From the NCBI GenBank assembly GCA_964187785.1, contig CAXLNC010001431.1, forward strand, positions 498,934 through 560,000: a stretch of DNA of 61,067 nucleotides, given 5' to 3'. Source of the DNA: Amphiscolops sp. MND2022 (lineage: Eukaryota). The notes under the pieces were generated by a model that worked only from the letters and a program-made list of their open reading frames with translations, was not told the DNA's origin and searched no databases. The first letter of the stretch is position 1. Each line of letters starts with the position of its first letter. Shown here in pieces: positions 22,101 through 32,400 of this stretch. The position numbers and the translations under genes are program-made.

Positions 22101-25100
22101 AATTGTATCAAATTATGAAACAATTTAGAACAATTTGGAAACAATGCTGTTTTTAAGATAATTTTGTTCCGGCCGGAACCGGAACGTTTTTGAAATCCGG
22201 CCGGACCGGAATTCCGGTACATCCCTAATCGAAACCAAAAAGGGCGATGATTTTCAAATATGCAGCCCGTATTAAGGGGGCTGGTTAGCAAATAGACGTG
22301 TATGGTGTCGATACGCTGCAAGCTGCAGAGCCTTCTTTCAGTGTCAATAAGGTTCCCAAAAAATTAACATCGAAATCTTAGCAAGTGAAAAAATTAATTG
22401 TCATTTTTAGAACAGTTATATTGTAATGAATACCTTTCCAAGAAAAAAATCCTGGTTCCGTCTCTTTCAGTTTGGGCTTCATGGTATCTTCGTGGATGCA
22501 GTACGCAAGGTGCCTATAAGCGCGAAACGTGAACCTCTACAGGAAATAAATTAGGCTGTAAATTTTCATTTAAACTTTTCAAGATCTTATCGATGACATT
22601 CGTTTTGTTCTCAGTTTCAAAAAATATTCAGTAGTATGTATATACTTTTGTCGAAATCTTTCGTTGTTTTCAATTCTAAAAAGGACGATTCCTCATTTGC
22701 AATAGCGTATAGTCTACTTGAAAATAAAGGCCTCGAAGATAATAAACCTGGAACGTCATAAGTGGACGCCCGCTTAAGGTTCAAAGAGAGGAAAACTACT
22801 TCAAATCTTTGTTGAGAAAACTCAATTTAATAGTCTTGAAAAACCTAAAAAGGGAGCCTCTGGACCTAAAAATTCTTTTTATCTCACCAGAAAAAGTAAC
22901 AGCGCTTTTTCCAGTTTTATCACCAGAAATATCAAAAAGCCATAGCGAGAACCCTTTTGCGAAATGAAAATCAACCCCCCCCCCCAAAAAAAGGACGAAC
23001 AGTGTTAAAACAAAACATAAAAGCGGCCCTTCAGGCTTCAAAAACGCTTCTTCCTATCTAAAAGAATTAAATCGACCTTTGGTTTGTAATTTGCATGAAA
23101 TTCATTTTCGTATAACTTTTTTGGTCAGTTCGTGTGGATTAAAAAACCACAAGTCACTATAAAGGTCGCGTTTTATTTTCAGAAAAAAAGCGCCGACTAA
23201 AAACAAGACATTCTCTCTGAAACGTGGGCTAGACCATCCATTTTCCTGCTTTTTTGTCTCTGTCCTTACAGCATAGGCAGTACATTCAAGAACAGATAGT
23301 CTTGAAAATGTGTTAAACATTAAGATATTTTTCCACGATTAAAGTGTTGACATTCTATCAATTTCTAAGCCCGCTCAAGGTTCTCTCGCAAAATATGGTA
23401 GTCCGAGACAAAGACGGGGAAATCTACTTTCTCAAAGTTATCCGCAAACCTTTAGAGGGCTCTTACAACTTCAGGAATGTTCCCTTGTCAGTGAAACACA
23501 TGGCGAGGATTGTGAAATTCTACGACCTACCTAGCTGCTATGTTTTCTGCATTGAGTATTTGGGACAGAATATTGGTTTCGATTATCAAAATAATTGGAA
23601 GAATTCTCTTCAAACGACGCCAGACTTAACCCGAATCTTCAACACTTTCGAAAACAACGATAGCAGCAAATTCCATGACGATGAAACGCTGGGTTCTGAT
23701 TTGAATGGTTTTGTGGAATGCCCTGAAAAAGAACAACTGCCAGTGGTACGAGATCGATTTTTCGTTCAAAATGCGGCCGTGAACAAAGATTCAACTGAAA
23801 TGGAATCTGTTTTGAGCGATTTGGAAGAAAGTCTTTCGAATTCTTTCGGACAAACATTAACCGATGAAAGAATGAAAGAAACCCTGAGGCGTAAAATCAA
23901 GGAGGCCAAATTGGAATTTTCTCGTAACTCCGATTCTTCTCAGAACATTACTCATTTCCGGCCCATATCCGGTGGAGTCGCTAATCTTGATTGCTTTGAT
24001 GCGACCCCGGTTGTTGAAACTTCGAAAAACCTTTCAAACGATTCTCTCAAAACTTCTGGTACATTCAGTGATGATCAACATTATGACCTAAACAAACTAT
24101 TTTAGTTGCAGTGAAACCGAATTAAGTTGATTAAATTATTCTACAAGTTTTGATTTTTTTTCTGATATTTTGCCTTTTTTCAGAACGTTTTTTACTCACG
24201 TTTGAAGTAATTTTATGATTAAGAAAATTTTCGAATCAAAATGAATATTTCAACAATTTTTCCATCAATTGTTGGACCTATACAGTTAATGTCATTGAGT
24301 CATTTGGCGGTGTTTTTAATCATGTGTTAACTCTAAATGGACGATGAAATTTTTGACTCCATCCAAAAATCTGGTGCTTAAACTTTCAACCGCAATATCT
24401 TCTAAACTTTTCGAGTCCGACAAACGATTTATAGCGCGTTGGAAGGCAATCAGGGCTTTCAAATGGATTTTTGATCTACTGGACTAAACACTAGCACCGG
24501 ACTTTGCGCCAAAGCATTGCACACCTCGTTTCTCTGGCTGCTTTCCAGCATGTTTCAAAACATGCTGCGACCCAACCTCGATACCAGTGGGATAAAGTGG
24601 CCACAAACAGAAACTGAAAAAAAAACGAAAATATGCAGTTTTTTTTCAATTTTTGGTCCCGTTCTCTCGATTTCTGAGACATCAAGTCAATATTTCGTAA
24701 AAAGGCGTGCAATGCTGTAATATCTGCTACGTCTGAAAATCTTACTCAAGTGTTTTCTTTACCATAAGGTCAGCTGGTGCCTTCAGAAGTTTGTAGAAAC
24801 CAATAGGTACGAAATCGTGCCATCGTCCATTCAGGGTTAAAGATACAAAATGAAGAAAATACCCGATAAAGTATAAGCGATATAGTTGCAACCCCCAAAA
24901 AATCCTTATGAAATTCTTTCATTCAAAGTTTAAGATTATCACTGCTTGCTTTTCAAGATTCCTCCTGCATTCCGCGGATTCAAGATCTTCAGAGGATTAT
25001 TCTTCAGATGATCGACTGCTTCCAAGAACTGCATGATCTCAATCTTTTCTGGGGAACTTTCACCCCCAGTAACTTGACCTTCGAACGTCGTGACGTCATC

Positions 25101-25457
25101 AAAATGACTCATTGTTTCAACTGGCTTAGTCCGGACTATTATTCCAAGGATCTCTGGGATTACGAAGTTTTACCATTCGTGGCTCCAGAAATTTCGGAAA
25201 ACTTCATCTTTCAAATTCCTGACTCGAAGAGCGATGTTTTTAGTTTGGGTGCTGTTATTTACACGTTATTAACTAACCGGTTGGTCATAAACGACTTTCC
25301 CGGTCATCTCATTGACGAAATGAATGCCTACAGTTTAGGATACAAGTCTGCTGGAAGCTTAGCCGATTTGTTGAAAAAGATGCTAGCGTTTGATCCCAAA
25401 AATCGGTTGACGCTCAAAGGAACTAAGGCACATCCGTTTTTTCACGAAACTTTGTGA
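9911..25457 (+). CDS. RPS6KC1: RPS6KC1-like protein (PX - MIT - split pseudokinase). Exons 9911-10167, 10745-11113, 14677-14843, 20159-20338, 21549-21796, 23380-24058, 24958-25457; 2400 nt, 799 aa
   Basis: All six introns are GT-AG and phases agree (2,2,1,1,0,1). PX (HREGYTLYHVT...RY...LP...RF...RQQSIECFFSF...LDDFF), MIT (YLEQAAHYV...YEGAFHSYKSCIEILLRGVANE) and kinase halves (LKVIRK; FVAPEI; DVFSLGAVIYTLLT) match the RPS6KC1 architecture. Exon 3 is the least certain. Confidence 0.82.
10174..10742. mobile_element. Foldback/long-TIR non-autonomous DNA transposon forming RPS6KC1-like intron 1
   Basis: Imperfect inverted arms of about 265 bp starting GGCTCTTTT / ending AAAAGAGGC, spacer about 50 bp. 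Perfect 8-bp direct repeat AGGTTCTC at 10166-10173 and 10743-10750. Confidence 0.88.
10745..11113 (+). CDS. RPS6KC1: RPS6KC1-like exon 2 (PX C-terminal part and linker)
   Basis: CAG|G TTC: RFSSNEVTHRQQSIECFFSFLEIINSPVLTSVLDDFF continues the PX domain. Donor AG|GTATGG. Confidence 0.8.
11476..11626 (-). mobile_element. Minimal HINE/DINE-like element (about 150 bp)
   Basis: AACAAGCCGGGAACGGCATAAGTCGGCGCC at the left end and AAGCGCCGACTAAAA at the right end. Confidence 0.7.
13000..13750. mobile_element. Second foldback-type palindromic element (ends approximate)
   Basis: Long imperfect inverted arms, including a perfect 27-bp pair TACCATTCCAATGCCAGGTTTCTGTAG (about 13226) / CTACAGAAACCTGGCATTGGAATGGTA (about 13451), and GACCATTTTCGGTC / GACCGAAAATGGTC. 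Confidence 0.7.
14188..14486 (+). repeat. About 300-bp cassette (reverse tRNA-like segment plus Helitron-like 3' hairpin), copy 1
   Basis: Almost identical to 26536-26833; ends GCGAAGC-ACC-GCTTCGC-CTCTGTGTT. Confidence 0.85.
14677..14843 (+). CDS. RPS6KC1: RPS6KC1-like exon 3 (Ser-rich linker)
   Basis: Acceptor TTTCAG, donor A|GTTAGC, open frame SSVADLSSETASSASTGFESLSCC..., phases fit both neighbours. No domain motif. Confidence 0.6.
14887..15231. mobile_element. hAT-type MITE
   Basis: TIR TAGAGGTG / CACCTCTA, CCGGA subterminal motifs, 8-bp duplication GTTTCAAG / GCTTCAAG. Confidence 0.8.
16413..16688. repeat. Two diverged direct copies of an about 120-bp unit (158-bp spacing)
   Basis: GTCTACTAAGTGAA...CACTTTCTCTGTCAATCATCTCAT at 16413 and 16571. 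Confidence 0.7.
16689..17469 (+). mobile_element. LTR (TGT...ACA) of a gypsy-like retrotransposon, followed by a PBS-like TGGCG; contains an antisense ORF
   Basis: Starts TGTAAGG, ends GGTTACA, immediately followed by TGGCGTAATG (17470). The minus-strand ORF 16639-17271 lies inside and runs off the LTR edge. No clean target duplication. Confidence 0.6.
17860..18520 (-). pseudogene. Decayed SGNH/GDSL-like hydrolase ORF, probably TE-borne
   Basis: LLIANFQ (block I-like), ILTIPGG (block II, frameshift follows), VVLFIGANCL (block III), KDQIHLSDHG (block V DxxH). Confidence 0.65.
18918..18988 (+). pseudogene. tRNA-like sequence (Gly-CCC-like pseudogene or SINE head)
   Basis: A-box TGGCCTAGTGG, loop TTCCCAA, T-arm GTGGG-TTCGATT-CCCGC; acceptor and anticodon stems mispaired. 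Confidence 0.55.
20159..20338 (+). CDS. RPS6KC1: RPS6KC1-like exon 4 (start of MIT domain)
   Basis: Acceptor TTTTGCAG; ...SKNSYLEQAAHYVKLANEYENCAQYE; donor G|GTCAAC. Confidence 0.82.
20469..20640. mobile_element. Diverged MITE of the 25850-26131 family
   Basis: GATCTCTTTCACTATGTCC left end and shared ACTCAGCCAATCAG...GTTTCACTTTG core. Confidence 0.6.
20935..21045 (-). repeat. Two tandem tRNA 3'-half-like units
   Basis: TTTCCCAGCCAGT(G/A)GGT(C/G)GTGGGTTCGA occurs twice on the minus strand (anticodon-loop-like plus B-box). Confidence 0.6.
21549..21796 (+). CDS. RPS6KC1: RPS6KC1-like exon 5 (MIT domain to kinase start)
   Basis: GAFHSYKSCIEILLRGVANETDGEKRAAV...PCEELKFFTILR; donor GTGCGG, phase 0. 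Confidence 0.85.
21878..22227. mobile_element. hAT-type MITE, young
   Basis: Perfect 17-bp TIR TAGGGATGTACCGGAAT / ATTCCGGTACATCCCTA, perfect 8-bp duplication ATCGAAAC, CCGGA subterminal repeats. Confidence 0.92.
22743..23203 (-). mobile_element. HINE/DINE-like element, diverged
   Basis: AGCGCCGACTAAAAA at 23189-23203; degenerate 3' end (GGAACGTC...TAAGGTTCAAA) at about 22743-22790. Confidence 0.55.
23380..24058 (+). CDS. RPS6KC1: RPS6KC1-like exon 6 (kinase N-lobe and acidic insert)
   Basis: VLSQNMVVRDKDGEIYFLKVIRKP...MARIVKFYD...CIEYLG followed by a long acidic low-complexity insert. Donor G|GTACAT inferred from phase. Confidence 0.8.
24958..25457 (+). CDS. RPS6KC1: RPS6KC1-like exon 7 (kinase C-lobe and stop)
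   Basis: QRIILQMIDCFQELHDLNLFWGTFTPSNL...FVAPEI...DVFSLGAVIYTLLT...LLKKMLAFDPKNRL...AHPFF. Confidence 0.88.
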
Positions 25458-25849
25458 AAAATAACGCGAATTCATATTTCGACATATTTCATTCAAGTCT
25501 ATAAGAAGGTTTCGTACTGCGTTTCTTCGAAAAGAAGTCGACCTTGAGCTTAAAAAATGCCCCCAAATAGAAACAGTCATTTGAAGTTCGCAAATAAACC
25601 TATAAGCCGCGGCTTGTACTCGAAAAAGTACAGTAATTTGATCGATTTCAACCGCTCAAACTTTGAACATGAATCAGTTAAAATTATGCAAAACTGATGT
25701 ATTTACTTTTTTGATAATGAATAACTAAATAAATCCAAACCATTGAAGTATAGATCATTGCATCTCCCCGGATGTGATTTCACAACTATCGAATGAGTGT
25801 TTTTTTGTCACTGAAAGTGTTTTATGAACTTCAGCCTATGATATGGAAT

Positions 25850-26131
25850 CTGATCTCTTTCACTATGTCCTCCCCTTTTTGTGTCTTCTCACTATTCGTT
25901 TTCATTTGCAAATCTCTCAGGCTATTCTGTCAATCAATTGATCTCTTCATATGTATCGACACTTTTGATTGTCTCCTATCAAAATCCACCACTCAGCCAA
26001 TCAGGAGCGTTGATACTTCGTACATGTATTTAAAAGTGTTTCACTTTGCCCTCTCCCTTTCCCATGTATTTAAGAGCGTTTCACTTTGTCCTCCGTTTTT
26101 TGCTATAGGGGGACATAGTGAAAGAGATCAG
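25850..26131. mobile_element. MITE with perfect 21-bp TIR
   Basis: CTGATCTCTTTCACTATGTCC / GGACATAGTGAAAGAGATCAG. Confidence 0.85.
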
Positions 26132-26535
26132 TAGTAAAAGTACGTGGCATTATAGGCGGGGGGGTTGAGTGAGTAACCAAATATGGTCATAACGCGGACT
26201 CCAAAATGACGTCATGGTTGCGACACAATGACGTAACCGAATGCAAAAATACCTAAAATAACGTCACCAATCATTACATTTCATTGGTTGACGAAAAAGA
26301 GCGACAAACAAAAGTGGATTGGTTTTGCCATTGGCGAAGCAAAAGCTTGAGTCTGGAAGAAGTTAGTTTTCTTGGTGACAAAGTAGTAGTGGGATCTTTT
26401 TCTTTGTAGTGGGATCTGTTGTTATCCAGGTTTGAACCTCAGGATGTCCTCAATCTTTTCTAGTATTTGTGCAAGGGCTACTTTTCGGCAAAAATATCTT
26501 TAAAAAAACTGATGGTTCGACGCAAAAAATGTATG

Positions 26536-26833
26536 TTTTTGCACATGACGAAGTCAATGTGCATTGCAGTCCAGCTAAGAAAGTTTTTTTTTCCACAATA
26601 GCCAACTTCATAATAACCGCCTTTTAGAGAAAAGCCAAAACCCCAGAGAGATTCGAACCTGCAGCCTCCCGATTGCGCGGCATAAGTGTTAACCACTGTG
26701 CCATAAGGACGTTATTGAATAAAGTTGAACTGTTGAATATATATACGCATGCGAATAAAATAATATATATACGCATATTAAAATAATCGTTGTCTTCGTC
26801 ATGTGTTGCGAAGCACCGCTTCGCCTCTGTGTT
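26536..26833 (+). repeat. About 300-bp cassette, copy 2
   Basis: Near-identical to 14188-14486. Confidence 0.85.
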
Positions 26834-28099
26834 GATATTTGTGTTTTCATGAAAGTTCACACGTGAATGATACTTGTTTGTAATCAAAGGACACGATATA
26901 TGGATACTGAAAATTTGAACAATGATCCTGAGTCTTGCAACAGACAGCGGTTATGATTCAATGGTTTCATTTGACGAAGATAATGCTGATGATGTTGGTC
27001 TGATGCATCTCAATATTGAGGTTGTAGAACTGTTGAACGCTTGTTCTCATGGCTGGATCAAGATCAACAAATTGACATTTTGCAAGACTGGATGGTTGAT
27101 GATGAGTAGTATGTATGATGATGTCGAGGGATCTGGAAAGAAAATTATTTTGATGAATTCCCGCAGAACATGAAAAGCTAATTTTGAAACCTCTTTTCAC
27201 GAATCTGACGGATTTTTTTTCTTTTTGGAGACGCTATATCAAACTGTTGAGCAAGCGTTTTTGCAAAGTGTTCAAGTCTTCTAATGTTAGCACGAGCTCT
27301 CTCGACGAGTCAAATAGATCAGGAAATAATTCAGTTAACGTACAATTTTTGCTTTGCATTTCCTATTTGAAAGTATAAAGCTTTTGAAACATTAGTGAAC
27401 TGAATGCTAACAGGAGGCCAAAGTCAGGTACCCTCACTTGTTTCTCTAAATCTGAGGTTGCCTCTTTTGAAACTTTGTCTTCGAGCAGTTCTACTTTATA
27501 CAGCAATTCAAGCTCCTTCATGTTTAAATGATCAGTGTTCTAAAGCAAAATTACAGCGAGAAAAAAACAAAGAGTACCTTTTAAACTTTGTTCAAGATAG
27601 CTACTTGTGGATGGCTTATTACAATCAGCTTTATCATTCTTAAAGTACCATGCGACATTGTTTTTATCATCCTCCATGAACAGTTTCTCCAAGAGGTTCC
27701 TTTATTTTTTCGACATGAACCTAAATTTTGCATCAAAACAGTGTTTCTCATGAATTTGGAGTTCTTCAAATTTTTTTGGTCCATGGGGGGATTTTTTCCC
27801 TTTCGGAAAACAATTATTCAAAGGGATCTTTCTTCCTCTTTCCAAGGTTTTAAAATTGAAAAAAAGGCTGAAACTAAGTTTTTTCGTGAGTCAAGACCGT
27901 GCAATCATGTTTAAGTTCGCACCAGAATATGACAATGAAACCCATTTCAGAATGTGTAACTTTTCTCCATTTTTTTCAATGGATTGTTGACGTTAGTTAT
28001 AACGTGAAACAAAGTAGTAATTGATTATATACAAAACTAGATTCAAATTCACAAAGTGAGTCTTGACGAATAGTACTGTTAATGAAAACTATAACTTAG

Positions 28100-29400
28100 C
28101 TATCAGTTGTTTTTTGAAGACGCCAATTGAAGAACATCGGAAAAGTTCGTTCCAAGAACGTCTCAGTGTAGTGAAATTGGTGTCATGTCGACGCCCCTGG
28201 TACGCATCTTGTGAACGTTCATAGACTTGCACTTTTTGAGCTGTTTCTTCTAAATTTCATCGACCCTTTTGTTCGACTTTGGGAGAAGTTGATTAGGTCT
28301 CGCCAGACCAATCATTAGTTTGACCCCTTTCGTTTTGCATTCGTTTTTCCGTAATGTCTTTAGGTGACAGTGTTGAAACACTATTGTTCCCTCAAACACA
28401 TAATTTCCCAATCAACTACCAATTTTGTGTCGGCAAAAAATTAAATTTTGTTGCTCGAAAGAAAAACTAACTTAGTGGCAATGTGAGCGAATGGTAGAGA
28501 ATGTCGGGGAAGATAAAGTCGAATTGACACCCTGGTCGAGAGAGGGCTTGGATCAACCAGAAGTCAAGTGTAGGTTTTCAGAATTGTTTGGAAAAGTATT
28601 CATGTCGACCGCCTCTTTCGGCGAGAATTTGAATAAGTTTATATTGAGATGATTCCTCAATGATCAAGAAAGATTTGAAGCACCAATAACAGTCTCGTGC
28701 TTTTTCTCCATAAAATCTGAAAACAGATGAAACGTTATTTCAGAGTCAGAGCGGAATAGTTTTGGTAATGGAACATGCGTGCAAGCACAGACAAAAACAA
28801 AAAACATGCAGATTTTTAGTTTGAAGATCATTCTTTATAAAAAAATACTAATATGATTTATTTACACGTTTTCTGGAGGGCCTGGAAGATACCCGCATCA
28901 AGGTTACCCTCCATCCAGGCCTCCATACACGCGAGCAGGATTCCGCGCTCGTGTTTCCCGATCGCCCGGAAGGCGAACACGTCGAGCACGGGTTCCACTC
29001 TTGGCCTGTCGATGTACGATTGGATTCCCTGCAGCGAAAAGTTTGAACTTTAACTTTTGAGATGAAATTTCAACAAAAAGCTCTAGAAAAAGATCGAACA
29101 ACCTACCTCGTCCCCGACCATCATGATCAAGGTGTCGCAGGTGTCCCTCGACACCTCGAGGAGACATCCCGACCTGCACTTTTGGTTGACGAAGCCCCAA
29201 GCGAAGTGGTCGATGGCATTTAGTTCATTCCATAGAAGCATTTTGAAGTTGCGTGCAAAGATTTTACTTGTTTTATGGCAGTTAGCAAACTGATTTTCTT
29301 TTAGTTTCGAGCAAGGAATGATTTTTTCGAGCTCGTCAGGCTCTACCACTTTTCCAAGCACCTCCGTCGGTTTCTTCCAGTTTCACTTTGTTCTGGGAAA
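28100..29400 (-). pseudogene. Best-preserved copy of an unknown multi-exon gene with an SGNH-like C-terminal domain
   Basis: Exon ending ...TLIMMVGDE, GT-AG intron, exon 28866-29028 (GIQSYID...GIFQALQKT), 149-nt intron 28717-28865, then in-frame YFMEKKHETVIGASNLS. The unique flank continues IQALSRPG...GNNS. Stops and frameshifts present. Confidence 0.7.
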
Positions 29401-32400
29401 CATCAAAGATTTTAACCCAGACACGATTTCCATATCTAATCAATTGGAAACTCAGATAAATAACCATTTTTATGGCTTATAAGGTCTCGATCAAAGATTC
29501 GGCGTTCTTTTGAACCTAATTTCAAAGTGTTACAGGATTCACCTTTATTCCTTTGCATTTCGAAACCCAGCAAATTTGAGTTTCCATGTGATGAATCGAA
29601 GAAAAGACCGACAGTGGTAATTAATACTAGAATTGTATAGAAGAGTATTCATGTCGACCGCCACTTTCGGCGAGACTTTGGATAGGTTTATGATGAGAGA
29701 ATCCTCAATGATCAATAAAGATTTGAAGCACCAATAACAATCGCGTGTTTTCTCCATAAAATTTGAAAACAAATGAAACGTTATTTCAGAGTCAGAGCAG
29801 AATAGTTTTTGTAATGGAACAAGCGTGCAAGCACAGACAAGAACAAAAAACATGCAGATTTTTAGTTTAAAGATCATTCTTTATAAAAAAATACTAATAT
29901 GATTTATTTACACGTTTTTTGGAGGGCCTGGAAGATACCCGCATCAAGGTTACCCTCCCTCCAGGCCTCCATACACGCGAGCAGGATTCCGCGCTCGTGT
30001 TTCCCGATCGCCCGGAAGGCGAACACGTCGAGCACGGGTTCCACTCTTGGCCTGTTGATGTACGATTGGATTCCCTGCAGCGAAAAGTTTGAACTTTAAC
30101 TTTTGCGATGAAATTTCAACAAAAAGCTCTAGAAAAAGATCGAACAACCTACCTCGTCCCCGACCATCATGATCAAGGTGTCGCAGGTGTCCCTCGACAC
30201 CTCGAGGAGACATCCCGAACTGGACCTCTGGTTGACAAAGCCCCAAGCGAAGCGGTCGTTGGCATTTAGTTTATTCCATAGAACCATTTTGAAGTTGCGA
30301 GCAAAGATTTTACTTGTTTTATGGCAGTTAGCAAACTGATTTTTTTTAGTTTCGAGCAAGGAATGATTTTTTCGAGCTCGTCAGGCTCTACCACTTTTCC
30401 AAGCACCTCCGTCGGTTTCTTTCAGTTTCACTTTGTTCTGGGAAACATCAAAGATTTTAACCCAGACACGATTTCCATATCTAATCAATTGGAAACTCAG
30501 ATAAATAACCATTTTTATGGCTTATAAGGTCTCGATCAAAGATTCGGCGTTCTTTTGAACCTACTTTCAAAGTGTTACAGGATTCACCTTTATTTCTTTG
30601 CATTTCGAAACCCAGCAAATATGAGTTTCCATGTGATGAATCGAAGAAAAGACCGACAGTGGTAATTGATACTAGAATTGTTTAGAAGAGTATTCATGTC
30701 GACCGCCACTTTCGGCGAGACTTTGGATAGGTTTATGATGAGAGAATCCTCAATGATCAATAAAGATTTGAAGCACCAATAACAATCGCGTGTTTTCTCC
30801 ATAAAATCTGAAAACAAATGAAACTTTATTTCAGAGTCAGAGCAGAATAGTTTTTGTAATGGAACAAGCGTGCAAGCACAGACAAAAACAAAAAACATGC
30901 AGATTTTTAGTTTAAAGATCGTTCTTTATAAAAAAAATACTAATATGATTTATTTACACGTTTTTTGGAGGGCCTGGAAGATACCCGCATCAAGGTTACC
31001 CTCCATCCAGGCCTCCATACACGCGAGCAGGATTCCGCGCTCGTGTTTCCCGATCGCCCGGAAGGCGAACACGTCGAGCACGGGTTCCACTCTTGGCCTG
31101 TCGATGTACGATTGGATTCCCTGCAGCGAAAAGTTTGAACTTTAACTTTTGAGATGAAATTTCAACAAAAAGCTCTAGAAAAAGATCGAACAACCTACCT
31201 CGTCCCCGACCATCATGATCAAGGTGTCGCAGGTGTCCCTCGACACCTCGAGGAGACATCCCGACCTGCACCTTTGGTTGACGAAGCCCCAAGCGAAGTG
31301 GTCGATGGCATTTAGTTCATTCCATAGAAGCATTTTGAAGTTGCGTGCAAAGATTTTACTTGTTTTATGGCAGTTAGCAAACTGATTTTCTTTTAGTTTC
31401 GAGCAAGGAATGATTTTTTCGAGCTCGTCAGGCTCTACCACTTTTCCAAGCACCTCCGTCGGTTTCTTCCAGTTTCACTTTGTTCTGGGAAACATCAAAG
31501 ATTTTAACCCAGACACGATTTCCATATCTAATCAATTGGAAACTCAGATAAATAACCATTTTTATGGCTTATAAGGTCTCGATCAAAGATTCGGCGTTCT
31601 TTTGAACCTAATTTCAAAGTGTTACAGGATTCACCTTTATTCCTTTGCATTTCGAAACCCAGCAAATTTGAGTTTCCATGTGATGAATCGAAGAAAAGAC
31701 CGACAGTGGTAATTGATACTAGAATTGTTTAGAAGAGTATTCATGTCGACCGCCACTTTCGGCGAGACTTTGGATAGGTTTATGATGAGAGAATCCTCAA
31801 TGATCAATAAAGATTTGAAGCACCAATAACAATCGCGTGTTTTCTCCATAAAATCTGAAAACAAATGAAACGTTATTTCAGAGTCAGAGCAGAATAGTTT
31901 TTGTAATGGAACAAGCGTGCAAGCACAGACAAAAACAAAAAACATGCAGATTTTTAGTTTAAAGATCATTCTTTATAAAAAATACTAATATGATTTATTT
32001 ACACGTTTTTTGGAGGGCCTGGAAGATACCCGCATCAAGGTTACCCTCCCTCCAGGCCTCCATACACGCGAGCAGGATTCCGCGCTCGTGTTTCCCGATC
32101 GCCCGGAAGCGAACACGTCGAGCACGGGTTCCACTCTTGGCCTGTCGATGTACGATTGGATTCCCTGCAGCGAAAAGTTTGAACTTTAACTTTTGAGATG
32201 AAATTTCAACAAAAAGCTCTAGAAAAAGATCGAACAACCTACCTCGTCCCCGACCATCATGATCAAGGTGTCGCAGGTGTCCCTCGACACCTCGAGGAGA
32301 CATCCCGAACTGGACCTCTGGTTGACAAAGCCCCAAGCGAAGTGGTCGTTGGCATTTAGTTTATTCCATAGAACCATTTTGAAGTTGCGAGCAAAGATTT

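Noticed and set aside
24491-24720. Short ORFs in intron 6 as an additional exon
   Set aside because: Exons 6 and 7 join in phase without them, and no kinase or conserved motif is visible. Not excluded without RNA-seq.
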